From Bradymonadia bacterium (GTDB lineage: Bacteria; Myxococcota_A; Bradymonadia; UBA7976; UBA1532): a stretch of DNA of 47,166 nucleotides. Under the pieces are notes generated by a model. The model was not told where the DNA came from. It made no database searches and saw nothing but the letters and a program-made list of their open reading frames with translations. Made by a program: the position numbers and the translations under genes. Positions 24,697 to 33,604 of the stretch are shown piece by piece (the first letter of the stretch is position 1; every line of letters begins with the position of its first letter). Location of the stretch: contig JBKAGE010000063.1 of NCBI GenBank assembly GCA_046290225.1, positions 1 through 47,166 on the forward strand, in the 5' to 3' direction.

Positions 24697-27600
24697 GTGG
24701 AGCCACTGATGATCCAGCGTGTATTCTCCTCCGCCCGCGTGCTCGGCAGAGCCACACTTCTGGGGGCAGCCCTCCTGGGGGTCGCCTGCCTGTGCCTGCC
24801 CGCCTCAGCCCAGCTGAAGATCGCCGCCCCTGACCAGAAGGTCGAGGCCCCCTTCAGCCTCACCGCAGCCGACGGCACTGGCCTCGAGCTCGTGGCCCTC
24901 GACACCCGCGCCGTCGTCGACGGGCCTCTGGCGTTCACCGAGGTGCACCTCACCTTCGAGAACCCTCAGAACCGCACCATGGAAGGCCACTTCAAGGTCA
25001 CCATGCCCGACGGCGCCGCCATCAGCCGCTTCGCCATGGAGATCAACGGCAAGTGGATGGAGGGCGAGGTCGTAGAGAAGCAGGCCGCTCGCCGCGCCTA
25101 TGAAGACGCTCTGCATCGCCGGCAGGATCCGGCGTTGCTGGAGCAGGATTCCGGCAACGTGTTCCGGGCCCGGGTGTTCCCCATCCCCGCCCGGGGGCAG
25201 AAACGCCTCATCATCTCGTGGTCCCACAACCTCACCGAGGCCGGTGAGGCCTACCGCATGCCCCTCAAGGGCCTGCCCAAGCTGCGCAACCTCACCCTGA
25301 GCGCCCTCGTCGGCGTCGAAGAAGGCGGAGGCCTCAAGAGCACCCTCGGCGGCACCGCCAGCCGTTACCAGGTCTCTCGGGTGGAGAAGCAGAACTACAC
25401 CCCCGAGGAGGACTGGGTGGTCACCGGCGGCAAGCTCGAGGCCGGCGGCGAGGCCCTGCGCCACAGCAACCTCTCCATGGCCCGCTTCACCGTGAACGCC
25501 GGCACCGCCCCCGAGCAGATCCCCACCGCCTACGTGATGTTCGACACCTCGGCCTCTCGCGCTGTGGAGTTCGAGCGCCGACTGCAGGATCTCAAGACCC
25601 TGGTGAACAGCCTCGGCCAGGCCCAGGTGACTTCGGTGAAGGTCATGGTCTTCGACCAGAGCACCCAGGAGATCTACAGCGGCAGCCCCGAGGGCTTCGG
25701 TGACGACCAGCTCAAGGTCATCGCCGAGCGCACTGCTTTGGGTGCCTCGAACCTCGAGCAGGCCCTGCAGGCGATCCCCAGTGGGGCACCCTCCCGGGTC
25801 ATCTTCGTCACCGACGGCATGATCACCGCCGGGGAGCGCGATCTCGAGGCTCTCGGCGCTCGGGCCGGCGCCCTGGCCCAGCGCGGCGTCATGCGCACCG
25901 ACGTGGTGGTGGACACCACGGCCCGTGATCCCCTGGTCCTCGAGGCCCTCGTCGGCGCCGAGCTGCCTCGCGCCGGCAAGATCATCGACGGCCGCGCCCC
26001 TCTCAACGCCCAGATCGCCCGTCTCGCCCGCCAGACCCTCACCCCCGTGAAGATCACCGTGCCCGGCGCCAAGTGGTCCTGGCCCGGTGAGGTGAAGGGC
26101 TTGCAAGAGGGCGACACCGTCATCGCCTTCGCTGATCTCGCCGAGGCGAAGCCCTTCTCGCTCAAGCTCTCCGGCGGCCACACCGCCGAGGTGGCCCCCA
26201 AGGCCCGTGGCGTAGAGCGCCCTCTGTTGGAGCGCGCCTGGGTGGCCGCCCGCATCGACCGCCTGCAGGCCATGCGCACCGAAGGGGATCCCGACATGAA
26301 GGGGGCCCTCAAGCAGCAGATCATCACCCTGTCGACCCGCCACCGCGTGCTCTCCCCCTTCACCGCCCTGGTGGTCCTGGAGACCGAGGCAGAGTACCGC
26401 CGCTTCGGCATCGATCGCACCGCCCTCGCCGACATCCTCACCGTGGGCCCCACGGGAGTGGAGCTGAAGGGCCGCACCATGGCCATGGCCGTGGACCCGG
26501 TCCAGCCGGTCACCACGAAGACCGCGGAGAATCAGGCCAAGCCTCAGAAGAAGGTCGCCAGCAAGGGTCGGCGCGCATCCGACGAGTCCGCCAAGATGGA
26601 GGTCGAGGCCGACAAGGACGACTTCGGCGGGGCCCCTGCTGCGGCTCCGGCAGAGATGGCCGACGGCTTGATGGAGGACGCAGAGGAGGTCGCTGGTGGC
26701 CTGGCGCTTGAGGGCACCGGTCGTGGCGGTGGTGGCACGGCAGCAGGCGCCGTCACTGAGACAGCAGTTGCCGCGGCGGATCCCGCAGCACCTCCTCCCG
26801 CTCCGGAGCCCGAGCCGGAGCCCGTGGCCGAGCGGAATATGCGTGAAGAGGCCCCTGCGGACGACGCCCGCCCCCGCACCCGCCGCGCCCCTCAGCGTGT
26901 GGCCTCTGCCCGCCGGCCGAGCCCAGATCCCTTCCCAGGGAGCGACAACGGCCGCGTGAACCGCGTGCCTCGTCGCACGGTCTCTCAGGGCCGTCGGGAG
27001 TACAACGAGATCAACCGTGGCAAGCCTGCCCTCACGGGGAAGATGGCCGAGATCATGGCCGACATCGAAAAGGGCAACGGCAAAGCCGCCCTCGCCGCGG
27101 CGATGAAGTGGCGCGAAGAGGCCCCCCTCGATCTGCTGGCCCTCGTGGCCCTGGGTCAGGGCTACATGGCCACTGGCCAGAGCGAGATGGCCGCCCGGGC
27201 CTTCGGCAGCATCCTCGACTTCTACCCCTCCCGCGCCGACATGCGCCGCTTCGCCGGCAACTGGCTGGAGAAGGTGGGCGAGGCGGGCATGGCCCTCGCC
27301 GCCGACACCTACGGCACCGCCGCAGAGCAGCGCCCTGATCACCCCTCGGTCTACCACCAGCAGGCCATGGTCCTGGTGCGGGAGAAGAAGTTCGAGCAGG
27401 CCCTCACCGTGGTGCTCGACGGCATCAAGGCTCGCCGGGTGGCGAACCGCTTCCGCCAGGTGGAGCGCATCCTTCGAGAAGACGCTGCCCTCATCGGCGC
27501 CGCCTGGATCGCCCACAGCCCCGATGATCGCAAGACCATCGAGGCGCGCCTGAAGGCCCACGGCGTCACCGCGGACACCGCCCCGACGATCCGCTTTGTC

Positions 27601-27963
27601 CTCACCTGGGAGACGGATGCCAACGATGTTGACTTCCACATCTTCGACAAGGACTACCAGCACGCCTTCTACTCCCGGAAGCAGCTCTCGAGCGGCGGCG
27701 AGCTCTACGCCGACATCACCACGGGCTACGGCCCCGAGTGCTTCACGGTGCACAACCCCAAGGCGTTCCCCTACCGCCTGAAGGCCCACTACTACCGCCG
27801 CGGCCCCCTCGGCTACGGCATGGGCAAGGTGCAGGTGATCCGCCACGACGGTGAGGGCAACCTGTCCATCGAAGATCGCCCCTTCGTCATCATGAACGAC
27901 GGCGCCTACGTCGACCTGGGCGAGGTGAAGGGCAGCAAGAAGGCCATGAGCATGGCGAAGTAA
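24697..27963 (+). CDS. Exported VIT (vault/inter-alpha-trypsin) + vWA-like + TPR-like + DUF2135/YfaP-like protein
   Basis: Signal peptide ending ASA. VIT motifs (LTFENPQNRTMEGHFKVTMPDGAAISRFAMEING; RQDPALLEQ; FRARVFPIP). MIDAS-like FDTSASR and FVTDG. C-terminal LTWETDANDVDFHI...GGELYADITTGYGPECF. Confidence 0.85.
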   Translation: MEPLMIQRVFSSARVLGRATLLGAALLGVACLCLPASAQLKIAAPDQKVEAPFSLTAADGTGLELVALDTRAVVDGPLAFTEVHLTFENPQNRTMEGHFKVTMPDGAAISRFAMEINGKWMEGEVVEKQAARRAYEDALHRRQDPALLEQDSGNVFRARVFPIPARGQKRLIISWSHNLTEAGEAYRMPLKGLPKLRNLTLSALVGVEEGGGLKSTLGGTASRYQVSRVEKQNYTPEEDWVVTGGKLEAGGEALRHSNLSMARFTVNAGTAPEQIPTAYVMFDTSASRAVEFERRLQDLKTLVNSLGQAQVTSVKVMVFDQSTQEIYSGSPEGFGDDQLKVIAERTALGASNLEQALQAIPSGAPSRVIFVTDGMITAGERDLEALGARAGALAQRGVMRTDVVVDTTARDPLVLEALVGAELPRAGKIIDGRAPLNAQIARLARQTLTPVKITVPGAKWSWPGEVKGLQEGDTVIAFADLAEAKPFSLKLSGGHTAEVAPKARGVERPLLERAWVAARIDRLQAMRTEGDPDMKGALKQQIITLSTRHRVLSPFTALVVLETEAEYRRFGIDRTALADILTVGPTGVELKGRTMAMAVDPVQPVTTKTAENQAKPQKKVASKGRRASDESAKMEVEADKDDFGGAPAAAPAEMADGLMEDAEEVAGGLALEGTGRGGGGTAAGAVTETAVAAADPAAPPPAPEPEPEPVAERNMREEAPADDARPRTRRAPQRVASARRPSPDPFPGSDNGRVNRVPRRTVSQGRREYNEINRGKPALTGKMAEIMADIEKGNGKAALAAAMKWREEAPLDLLALVALGQGYMATGQSEMAARAFGSILDFYPSRADMRRFAGNWLEKVGEAGMALAADTYGTAAEQRPDHPSVYHQQAMVLVREKKFEQALTVVLDGIKARRVANRFRQVERILREDAALIGAAWIAHSPDDRKTIEARLKAHGVTADTAPTIRFVLTWETDANDVDFHIFDKDYQHAFYSRKQLSSGGELYADITTGYGPECFTVHNPKAFPYRLKAHYYRRGPLGYGMGKVQVIRHDGEGNLSIEDRPFVIMNDGAYVDLGEVKGSKKAMSMAK

Positions 27964-28011
27964 CCCGTACTGTGATGCGCCTGGCCAGTTTAGCCTGGAA
28001 CGGCTGTCACT

Positions 28012-29175
28012 CTACGGAAACACTTTGCTTCGCCCTGCAGTGTCCGTGAACAGCACCTGGGGCGTATCCGTGGGGATCAGCAACCGCCCGCCATCAGGCA
28101 AAGTCACCACGATCTCCGTCTTCGACACCTCGAACACCGTCTGCCCATAGCGCCCGAGCCAGCTCATGCGCATTGGGCGATTCACCGTCACCGCCACAGG
28201 CAACGTGCGCTCCCAAGGGCGATCACCAAGTGCCCGACGGCGGCGGTGATGGATGGCGTACATCGTCCACGCATCTGTGCCCGTGCCCAGGCGCCACCAG
28301 CCATTGGCGTCCTGCACGATCTCCACCGCCGGATCCGCCTGCTCGCCATACCAGAGATAGAACGCATCTGAGAGTTGGGGGTGAGGCAAGAAACGCCACT
28401 CACCCACCTTCAAAAACTCCAGCGGCGCGTGGCGGGCTGCAGAGTCCTGTCCAGCGGCGATTCGATCCCGGAGGGCCGCGGCCTCGTCACGGCGGTGGTT
28501 CCCCAGAGGGTGGGCGCTGTAGGCGTTGATGAAGTCGTCGAGGGCCTCGAGGCCCTCTTCACCGCCCAGGTGAGCCATAGCCCGTGTGCGCTTCCAATGC
28601 GCATCCACCTTCTGGCGGTGCGCTGCCCACTGACGGGCGGTGGTGGTTCGACGCCAGACCCGGTTGAACTCTGCGGGCTCAGTGGCTGGGCGCAATGCGG
28701 AAAGCAGCCGGGTGGCCCCCTCGACGACCGCAGGTTCCAAGTCGGCCACCCGCTCGGCTGAAGCATATTCGGCCCCGAGCAGCGCCGCAGAGTGGGTGTC
28801 GAAGAGCTTCATCGACACCTTGAGCACACCATCGAAGCGGATGATCTGCCCCGAGATGACGAAGTCGGCGCCGATGTTGCGGCCTGTCTCCACCTCACAG
28901 TCCGACTCGCACTCGGCGAGATCGTACCCTGGAGGCAGGGCCTGCTTGATCGACTCACGGGTGATGACGAAGTAGCGGCCTCGGGGCAACTTCAAAGCCG
29001 AGACCCGAGCGAGGTCGGTCACATATGCCCGGGCTTGCTCATCGAGGCTGGCGGCGTCTTCGAATTCGAGGACGGCGATCTTTCGAAGGGCGCGCTCAGG
29101 GGCTGCCTCAGCAGCACCGAGGCACCAGAGACAACTCCAGATCAGGGCCCAAGTGCATGTCGCACGCCGTCGCAC
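28012..29175 (-). CDS. Exported hypothetical protein with N-terminal CsgG/TolB-N-like domain
   Basis: Signal peptide ending AEA. KIAVLEFED...ECESDCEVETGRNIGADFVISGQIIRFDGVLKVSMKLFDT fits the TolB-N/CsgG-like fold pattern. Confidence 0.6.
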   Translation of the reverse strand: MRRRATCTWALIWSCLWCLGAAEAAPERALRKIAVLEFEDAASLDEQARAYVTDLARVSALKLPRGRYFVITRESIKQALPPGYDLAECESDCEVETGRNIGADFVISGQIIRFDGVLKVSMKLFDTHSAALLGAEYASAERVADLEPAVVEGATRLLSALRPATEPAEFNRVWRRTTTARQWAAHRQKVDAHWKRTRAMAHLGGEEGLEALDDFINAYSAHPLGNHRRDEAAALRDRIAAGQDSAARHAPLEFLKVGEWRFLPHPQLSDAFYLWYGEQADPAVEIVQDANGWWRLGTGTDAWTMYAIHHRRRRALGDRPWERTLPVAVTVNRPMRMSWLGRYGQTVFEVSKTEIVVTLPDGGRLLIPTDTPQVLFTDTAGRSKVFP

Positions 29176-29257
29176 ATCGCCTCCTGCAGGCTGCCCGCAT
29201 CAAAAAACACCCTTCCTGTACATGGGACGGCATTGGGATGAGCCAGGGCAAGATAAA

Positions 29258-29339
29258 TTGAGCGGACGGCCGTCCGCTACAGGCGGTGCCAAAGGCACGG
29301 CCGTCCGCTTCAGGCACAAGCACGGCCGCCCGCTCAAAA
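29258..29339. repeat. Compound palindromic REP-like element
   Basis: Perfect palindrome AGCGGACGGCCGTCCGCT (29261-29278), three CGGCCGYCCGCT units, terminal TTGAGCGG...CCGCTCAA. 29282-29309 is the reverse complement of 24591-24618. Confidence 0.8.
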
Positions 29340-29341
29340 CA

Positions 29342-30427
29342 TCAGCGGGCGTTGAGCGCGTCAACGCGGGGATCCATCACCTTGCGCCACAGGGGCGGCA
29401 CGAACGACAGCAGCATCATGCCCGCATAACCCGTAGGCAGCTGGGGGCTGTCTTCGATGTGGCGCAAACGCCAGTAAGCGCGCCCCGCCTGGTGGTGATG
29501 ATCCGCGTGGCGGGGCAGCGAGAACAGATAGAGTCGGGTCACGCGGTGGGCCGAGTTCCAGGAGTGATGAGGCTGAACCGGCTCGTAGCGTCCAGGGGCC
29601 TTCTCTTTGCGACGCAGGCCGTAGTGCTCCACGTAGTTGATCACCTCGAGGAAGGTGGCGCCCACGAGGCCCTGCACGGCGAAGAAGACCGCACCGACCC
29701 AACCTCCGATGGCCCAGGCCACTGCGGCACACAGAGTGAGGGTGAGCGGGTAGCGCAGGCGGCGATCTTTCAGCGTCCAGGCAATGTTCAGCCGAGCCAC
29801 GCGGCGGCTCTCGATGCCCCAGGCGCTCCGGGCGCTGCCGATGAAGGTCTTGGGCAAGAAGCGGTAGAGGCTCATGCCTTTCGGGGCGCTCGCAGGATCA
29901 CCGGGGGTGGCCACGTTCACGTGGTGGCCGAGGATGTGCTCGATGCAGAAGTGCGGGTAGAACGACAGTGTCATCAGCACTTCGGCCACGGCCCGGGACT
30001 TGACGTCGCGGCGGTGCATCAGCTCGTGAGCCACGTTGATGCCTGCGGCAGCGAGCAGACCCACCGAGAGGGTGATGCCGGCGTACTCCACCGGCGCCAG
30101 GGTGCCGCTGGCCAGCAGAGAGATGCCCCAGATGATGAAGCCCAGCTGCGTCGGCACCCAACCCCAGGTCAACACGCGGTGCAGCACGTGGCCTGCCTTC
30201 ATCGCGGGATCAGCGGGCACCGTGTTGTCGGTGTCGAGGGGCATCATCTCGTCGAGGATGGGGGTGAGCACGTAGGCGAAGATCATCCCCGAGAAGGTCC
30301 ACCAGCCACCAGCGAGAATGCCCGCAGCGACGACGGCAGGAATGATGTAGGCGAAGCAGAAAGGCAAGATCGCCGCGATGGGGAACCGGGCGCGCTCAGG
30401 GGCAGCATGATCGGAAGCGGTGGCCAT
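29342..30427 (-). CDS. alkB: Alkane 1-monooxygenase (membrane non-heme di-iron)
   Basis: All four AlkB boxes: HELMH, EHILGHH(VNVATPGDPASA), NYVEHYG, LPRHADHH. Also HHSWNS and PQLPTGYAGM; multiple TM helices. Confidence 0.93.
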   Translation of the reverse strand: MATASDHAAPERARFPIAAILPFCFAYIIPAVVAAGILAGGWWTFSGMIFAYVLTPILDEMMPLDTDNTVPADPAMKAGHVLHRVLTWGWVPTQLGFIIWGISLLASGTLAPVEYAGITLSVGLLAAAGINVAHELMHRRDVKSRAVAEVLMTLSFYPHFCIEHILGHHVNVATPGDPASAPKGMSLYRFLPKTFIGSARSAWGIESRRVARLNIAWTLKDRRLRYPLTLTLCAAVAWAIGGWVGAVFFAVQGLVGATFLEVINYVEHYGLRRKEKAPGRYEPVQPHHSWNSAHRVTRLYLFSLPRHADHHHQAGRAYWRLRHIEDSPQLPTGYAGMMLLSFVPPLWRKVMDPRVDALNAR

Positions 30428-30504
30428 GACGAACTCCGACGTGATCAGTGGGCTACACCAACTATCGACCGATGAGTAGATTTATTCAAGGGCGCCTGTG
30501 CAGA

Positions 30505-31836
30505 TCATCGAAAATCCTCGAAGATGCCGCCGACGAGCGGATGCCTCTGGATGACCTCTCGCTGACCATCAGTGATCAACTTCAAACCTGCGGGGCTCCA
30601 GAACATGAGGTTGTCCGCGGTGCCTTCACACGGCAGCACCCCCTGCCCTCTCACGCCACACTCTGTGGCGAAGAGCACCCTGTCATTGTCGACATCGCAG
30701 ATCTCCGGGCACTCCAAAGTGTCTTCAATGGGATCGTGTACGGGATCTCGCCCGGGGATCAGCCGCGCCTCGGTGGTGTGATACAGCCCGAGGGCGTGGC
30801 CGATCTCGTGGGCCACTCGCCAGGCCACGTCAGCGGGGAAGTCTTCGATGAGACTGGTGCGTACAGCCACCACCGATGATGCGCGGCCTCGATGGCCGAT
30901 GGGCACGGGCAGACCACCAGAAATGCCCGATTGAGTGAGGGCCCCTACCTGGATCTGATCGACGAGATATACGTCGATGCCCTCGGGCACATCGAGACCG
31001 ATGGCCCCTGCGCCCAGCTCACCGAGGGCCACGAGCTCAGCCCCGGTGGGCCCCAGATCGAGCACGGTGGGACTCCCTGCTGCAAGCGATGTGATGGAGA
31101 TCTCGGCCTGGATGTCGAACTGGGCCTCGAGATGGCCCTCGAGGGCCTGAGCCATCTGCTCGAGCGCGGCGTCGCCGGGCGCCACCTCGGCGCCAGGCGG
31201 CAAGAGCAGGTTGATGGCGGTGACCGTGGCACCCGGAGGCCCTTTGAGCCAGACCTCACAGCTCAACCCACCCTCCACTGGCCCCACCGCTTCGAGGACG
31301 AAGGTATACGCTCCAGGCTCCAAGGGCATCCCAGTGCCATCGTTGGGCATGAGAGCTGTGGCGATCTCTGGCTGTGGGGCCGTCGCGGCAGCCCCTTCGA
31401 GGGCGCCACTGGGGCCAGCGACATCAGCGATGAGGTACACACCATCGCTGCGGCCTCGGGCCTGTATCAACGCTGACTCGAAGCCATCAGGCACCTCGAA
31501 GGTGACAGGCACACCGAGTGCGCACGGCCCCAGCTCGATGCGCTCGACCGCGGGCGGTTCAATGTCGGGCTCAGCGTCGGACACGTCGATGTCTGGTACA
31601 TCGAGATCAGTGAAGAAGGCATCCACTTCACTGGCATCAGGCGCGTCCGCGTCGACAGCTCCGAGATCAAAGTCGAGCTCAGCGTCGGCCAACATGGCAT
31701 CTTCGATGGGGCTCATCGCCCAGCCATCAGCGGAGGGGCCGCCCGGATCAGCGGGATCGCACGCCATCAACGCGATCCCCACCACAAGCCAGAAATCCCC
31801 TCTCACAGCACATCTCCCGGCATATCTGCGTGCCAA
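30505..31836 (-). CDS. Lipoprotein zinc metalloprotease (metzincin, M43/pappalysin-like)
   Basis: Lipobox LMA-C, acidic Asp/Ala tether, HEIGHALGLYH (HExxHxxGxxH), DPIEDT and Met-turn DNLMFW. Confidence 0.82.
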   Translation of the reverse strand: MARRYAGRCAVRGDFWLVVGIALMACDPADPGGPSADGWAMSPIEDAMLADAELDFDLGAVDADAPDASEVDAFFTDLDVPDIDVSDAEPDIEPPAVERIELGPCALGVPVTFEVPDGFESALIQARGRSDGVYLIADVAGPSGALEGAAATAPQPEIATALMPNDGTGMPLEPGAYTFVLEAVGPVEGGLSCEVWLKGPPGATVTAINLLLPPGAEVAPGDAALEQMAQALEGHLEAQFDIQAEISITSLAAGSPTVLDLGPTGAELVALGELGAGAIGLDVPEGIDVYLVDQIQVGALTQSGISGGLPVPIGHRGRASSVVAVRTSLIEDFPADVAWRVAHEIGHALGLYHTTEARLIPGRDPVHDPIEDTLECPEICDVDNDRVLFATECGVRGQGVLPCEGTADNLMFWSPAGLKLITDGQREVIQRHPLVGGIFEDFR

Positions 31837-31956
31837 AAACAGTTACACTGTTCTGACTCTACAGTGTCGGCCCGCCTTCGAAGTCTGCAACCCGACCTCG
31901 AGGCGCGCCGTCCCTTCTCGTACCGCCATTCTGAGAACACACGCCAAAGGCACACG

Positions 31957-33570
31957 ATGCATCGCGCTCGCCTGATTCTCGCTGCTGCAGCCACCCTCGC
32001 CGCTGTCGCCGTGGTCTGGATGCTCTGGGCCATGCAGCAAGATCCGCCCAAGCGGGACACCCCGCGGCGAAAAGTGGCGAAGACCGCGCCGACGCCTGCG
32101 CCACCTGTCGACGAGGTGGCAGACGAGGCCCCTGAGGCGCGCCCTCAGCCTGAACCCGTGGTCGCCCCCGCAGTGCCGAAGACCCGCACCCTCGTGGGCA
32201 CGGTGACCAACACCACCGACAACACCCCCATCCCCGGAGTGACGGTGCGCCTAGTGGTCGAGGGCAAGCCACACAAAACCACCCTCACCAACGCTGCTGG
32301 CGAGTACACGCTCAAGGGTGTGCCCGGTCGTCCCGACGTGCTCGAGTTCTCTGCCACGGGCTACGAGAGCGAGACCTTCGAAGAGCCCTCGTTCCCCAAG
32401 GACCCACGGGTGCGCTGGGATGTGGAGATGGTGCCGGCGCCAGGGCTCTACGGCCGTGTTGTGGTTCAAGGACCGGCAGGCACCCTCACGCCTGTCTCAG
32501 ATGCCTGGGTGGGCGTCCGCCGTGGTGGCACGCTCAGCGCCACCCTCGACCGCATGCGCCGCTGGCGATCCGAAGCGGCCACCCGCACCGACTTCAGCGG
32601 CCGCTTTGCTCTCGACATCGACACCGAGACCAACGAGACCGGTCTCTGGAGCCTCGAAGCACGACACGCTCAATACGGAAGAGTGCGAGAAGTCATCGAG
32701 GGGGCCAAAGAGGTCACCCTCGTGCTCCCGGGCGGCGGCTACATCTCCGGTCGAGTGGTCGATCCGGAGGGTGATCCGGTGGCGGAGTTCTCCGTGAGCA
32801 CGAGCGGCCTCGTCTACGGCGTGGGGGGCCCCAAGGCTCAGAGCTTCGAAGCAGGCACCGGGGCGTTCCGCCTCGGCCCGCTCTCCGAGGGCAAGCACAC
32901 GCTGTGGGCGGTGGCCTCGGGGTTCCAACCTGGCGAGGTCAAGGGCATCGAGGTCAAGGTGAACGAAGAGACCTCGGGGGTGGTGATCACGCTCAAGCCC
33001 TCGATGACCCTCTCGGGCCGCATCACCGACTTCAAAACAGGGCGCCCTGTCGAGGGCGCCCTGGTCCGCCCTGCGGAGTGGCAGAGCCGCACCCTCGCGG
33101 AATCAGTCTCGGCCTACTCCGACGAGAACGGCAACTACCGTCTGCCCTCGCTGCCAGGGCCCCGGACCAGCATCGTGGTGCAGGCAGAAGGCTACCGTGA
33201 GGTGCTCGCAGGTGGCGTCGCTGGGCAACCCGGAGATCAGCTGCGCCGCGACTTCGCCATGAGCCCCATCGAAGACGAAGAGTCACCGGGGAGCGAGCTC
33301 ACGGGTATAGGGGCGGTGTTGATGCGCACGCGAGAGGGCATCTACATCCGTGAGCTGGTGGACGGCGGTCCCGCAGCAGAGCTGCTCAACGAGGGCGATG
33401 TCATCGTACAGGTGAACGATATGGACGCCCGCAGCGGCGATCTCACCACCATCGTGCAGGCGATCCGCGGCGAGGTGGGCACCGACGTCGATTTGTGGGT
33501 GAAGCGGGAAGGGGCTGAAGAGCCCGAGCGAGTGACGCTGACCCGCGCCCGGGTGGTGATGAGCCGTTGA
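31957..33570 (+). CDS. Membrane-anchored protein with carboxypeptidase-regulatory-like repeats and C-terminal PDZ domain
   Basis: N-terminal TM segment. Four GxV/IxD...PV/IxGAxV...T/SDxxGxY/F repeats. PDZ-like GIGAVL...GPAAELLNEGDVIVQVND...IRGEVGTDVDLWVKR. Confidence 0.85.
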   Translation: MHRARLILAAAATLAAVAVVWMLWAMQQDPPKRDTPRRKVAKTAPTPAPPVDEVADEAPEARPQPEPVVAPAVPKTRTLVGTVTNTTDNTPIPGVTVRLVVEGKPHKTTLTNAAGEYTLKGVPGRPDVLEFSATGYESETFEEPSFPKDPRVRWDVEMVPAPGLYGRVVVQGPAGTLTPVSDAWVGVRRGGTLSATLDRMRRWRSEAATRTDFSGRFALDIDTETNETGLWSLEARHAQYGRVREVIEGAKEVTLVLPGGGYISGRVVDPEGDPVAEFSVSTSGLVYGVGGPKAQSFEAGTGAFRLGPLSEGKHTLWAVASGFQPGEVKGIEVKVNEETSGVVITLKPSMTLSGRITDFKTGRPVEGALVRPAEWQSRTLAESVSAYSDENGNYRLPSLPGPRTSIVVQAEGYREVLAGGVAGQPGDQLRRDFAMSPIEDEESPGSELTGIGAVLMRTREGIYIRELVDGGPAAELLNEGDVIVQVNDMDARSGDLTTIVQAIRGEVGTDVDLWVKREGAEEPERVTLTRARVVMSR

Positions 33571-33604
33571 TGTCGCAATCAACACATCCGCTGCTGCGGA
33601 TGCG

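Noticed and set aside
24805..27846. 1,013-aa minus-strand ORF
   Set aside because: Lies wholly opposite the VIT/vWA gene; typical high-GC shadow ORF with no family motifs.
29153..30475. 440-aa plus-strand ORF
   Set aside because: Antisense to alkB and runs through a palindromic repeat; no recognisable features.
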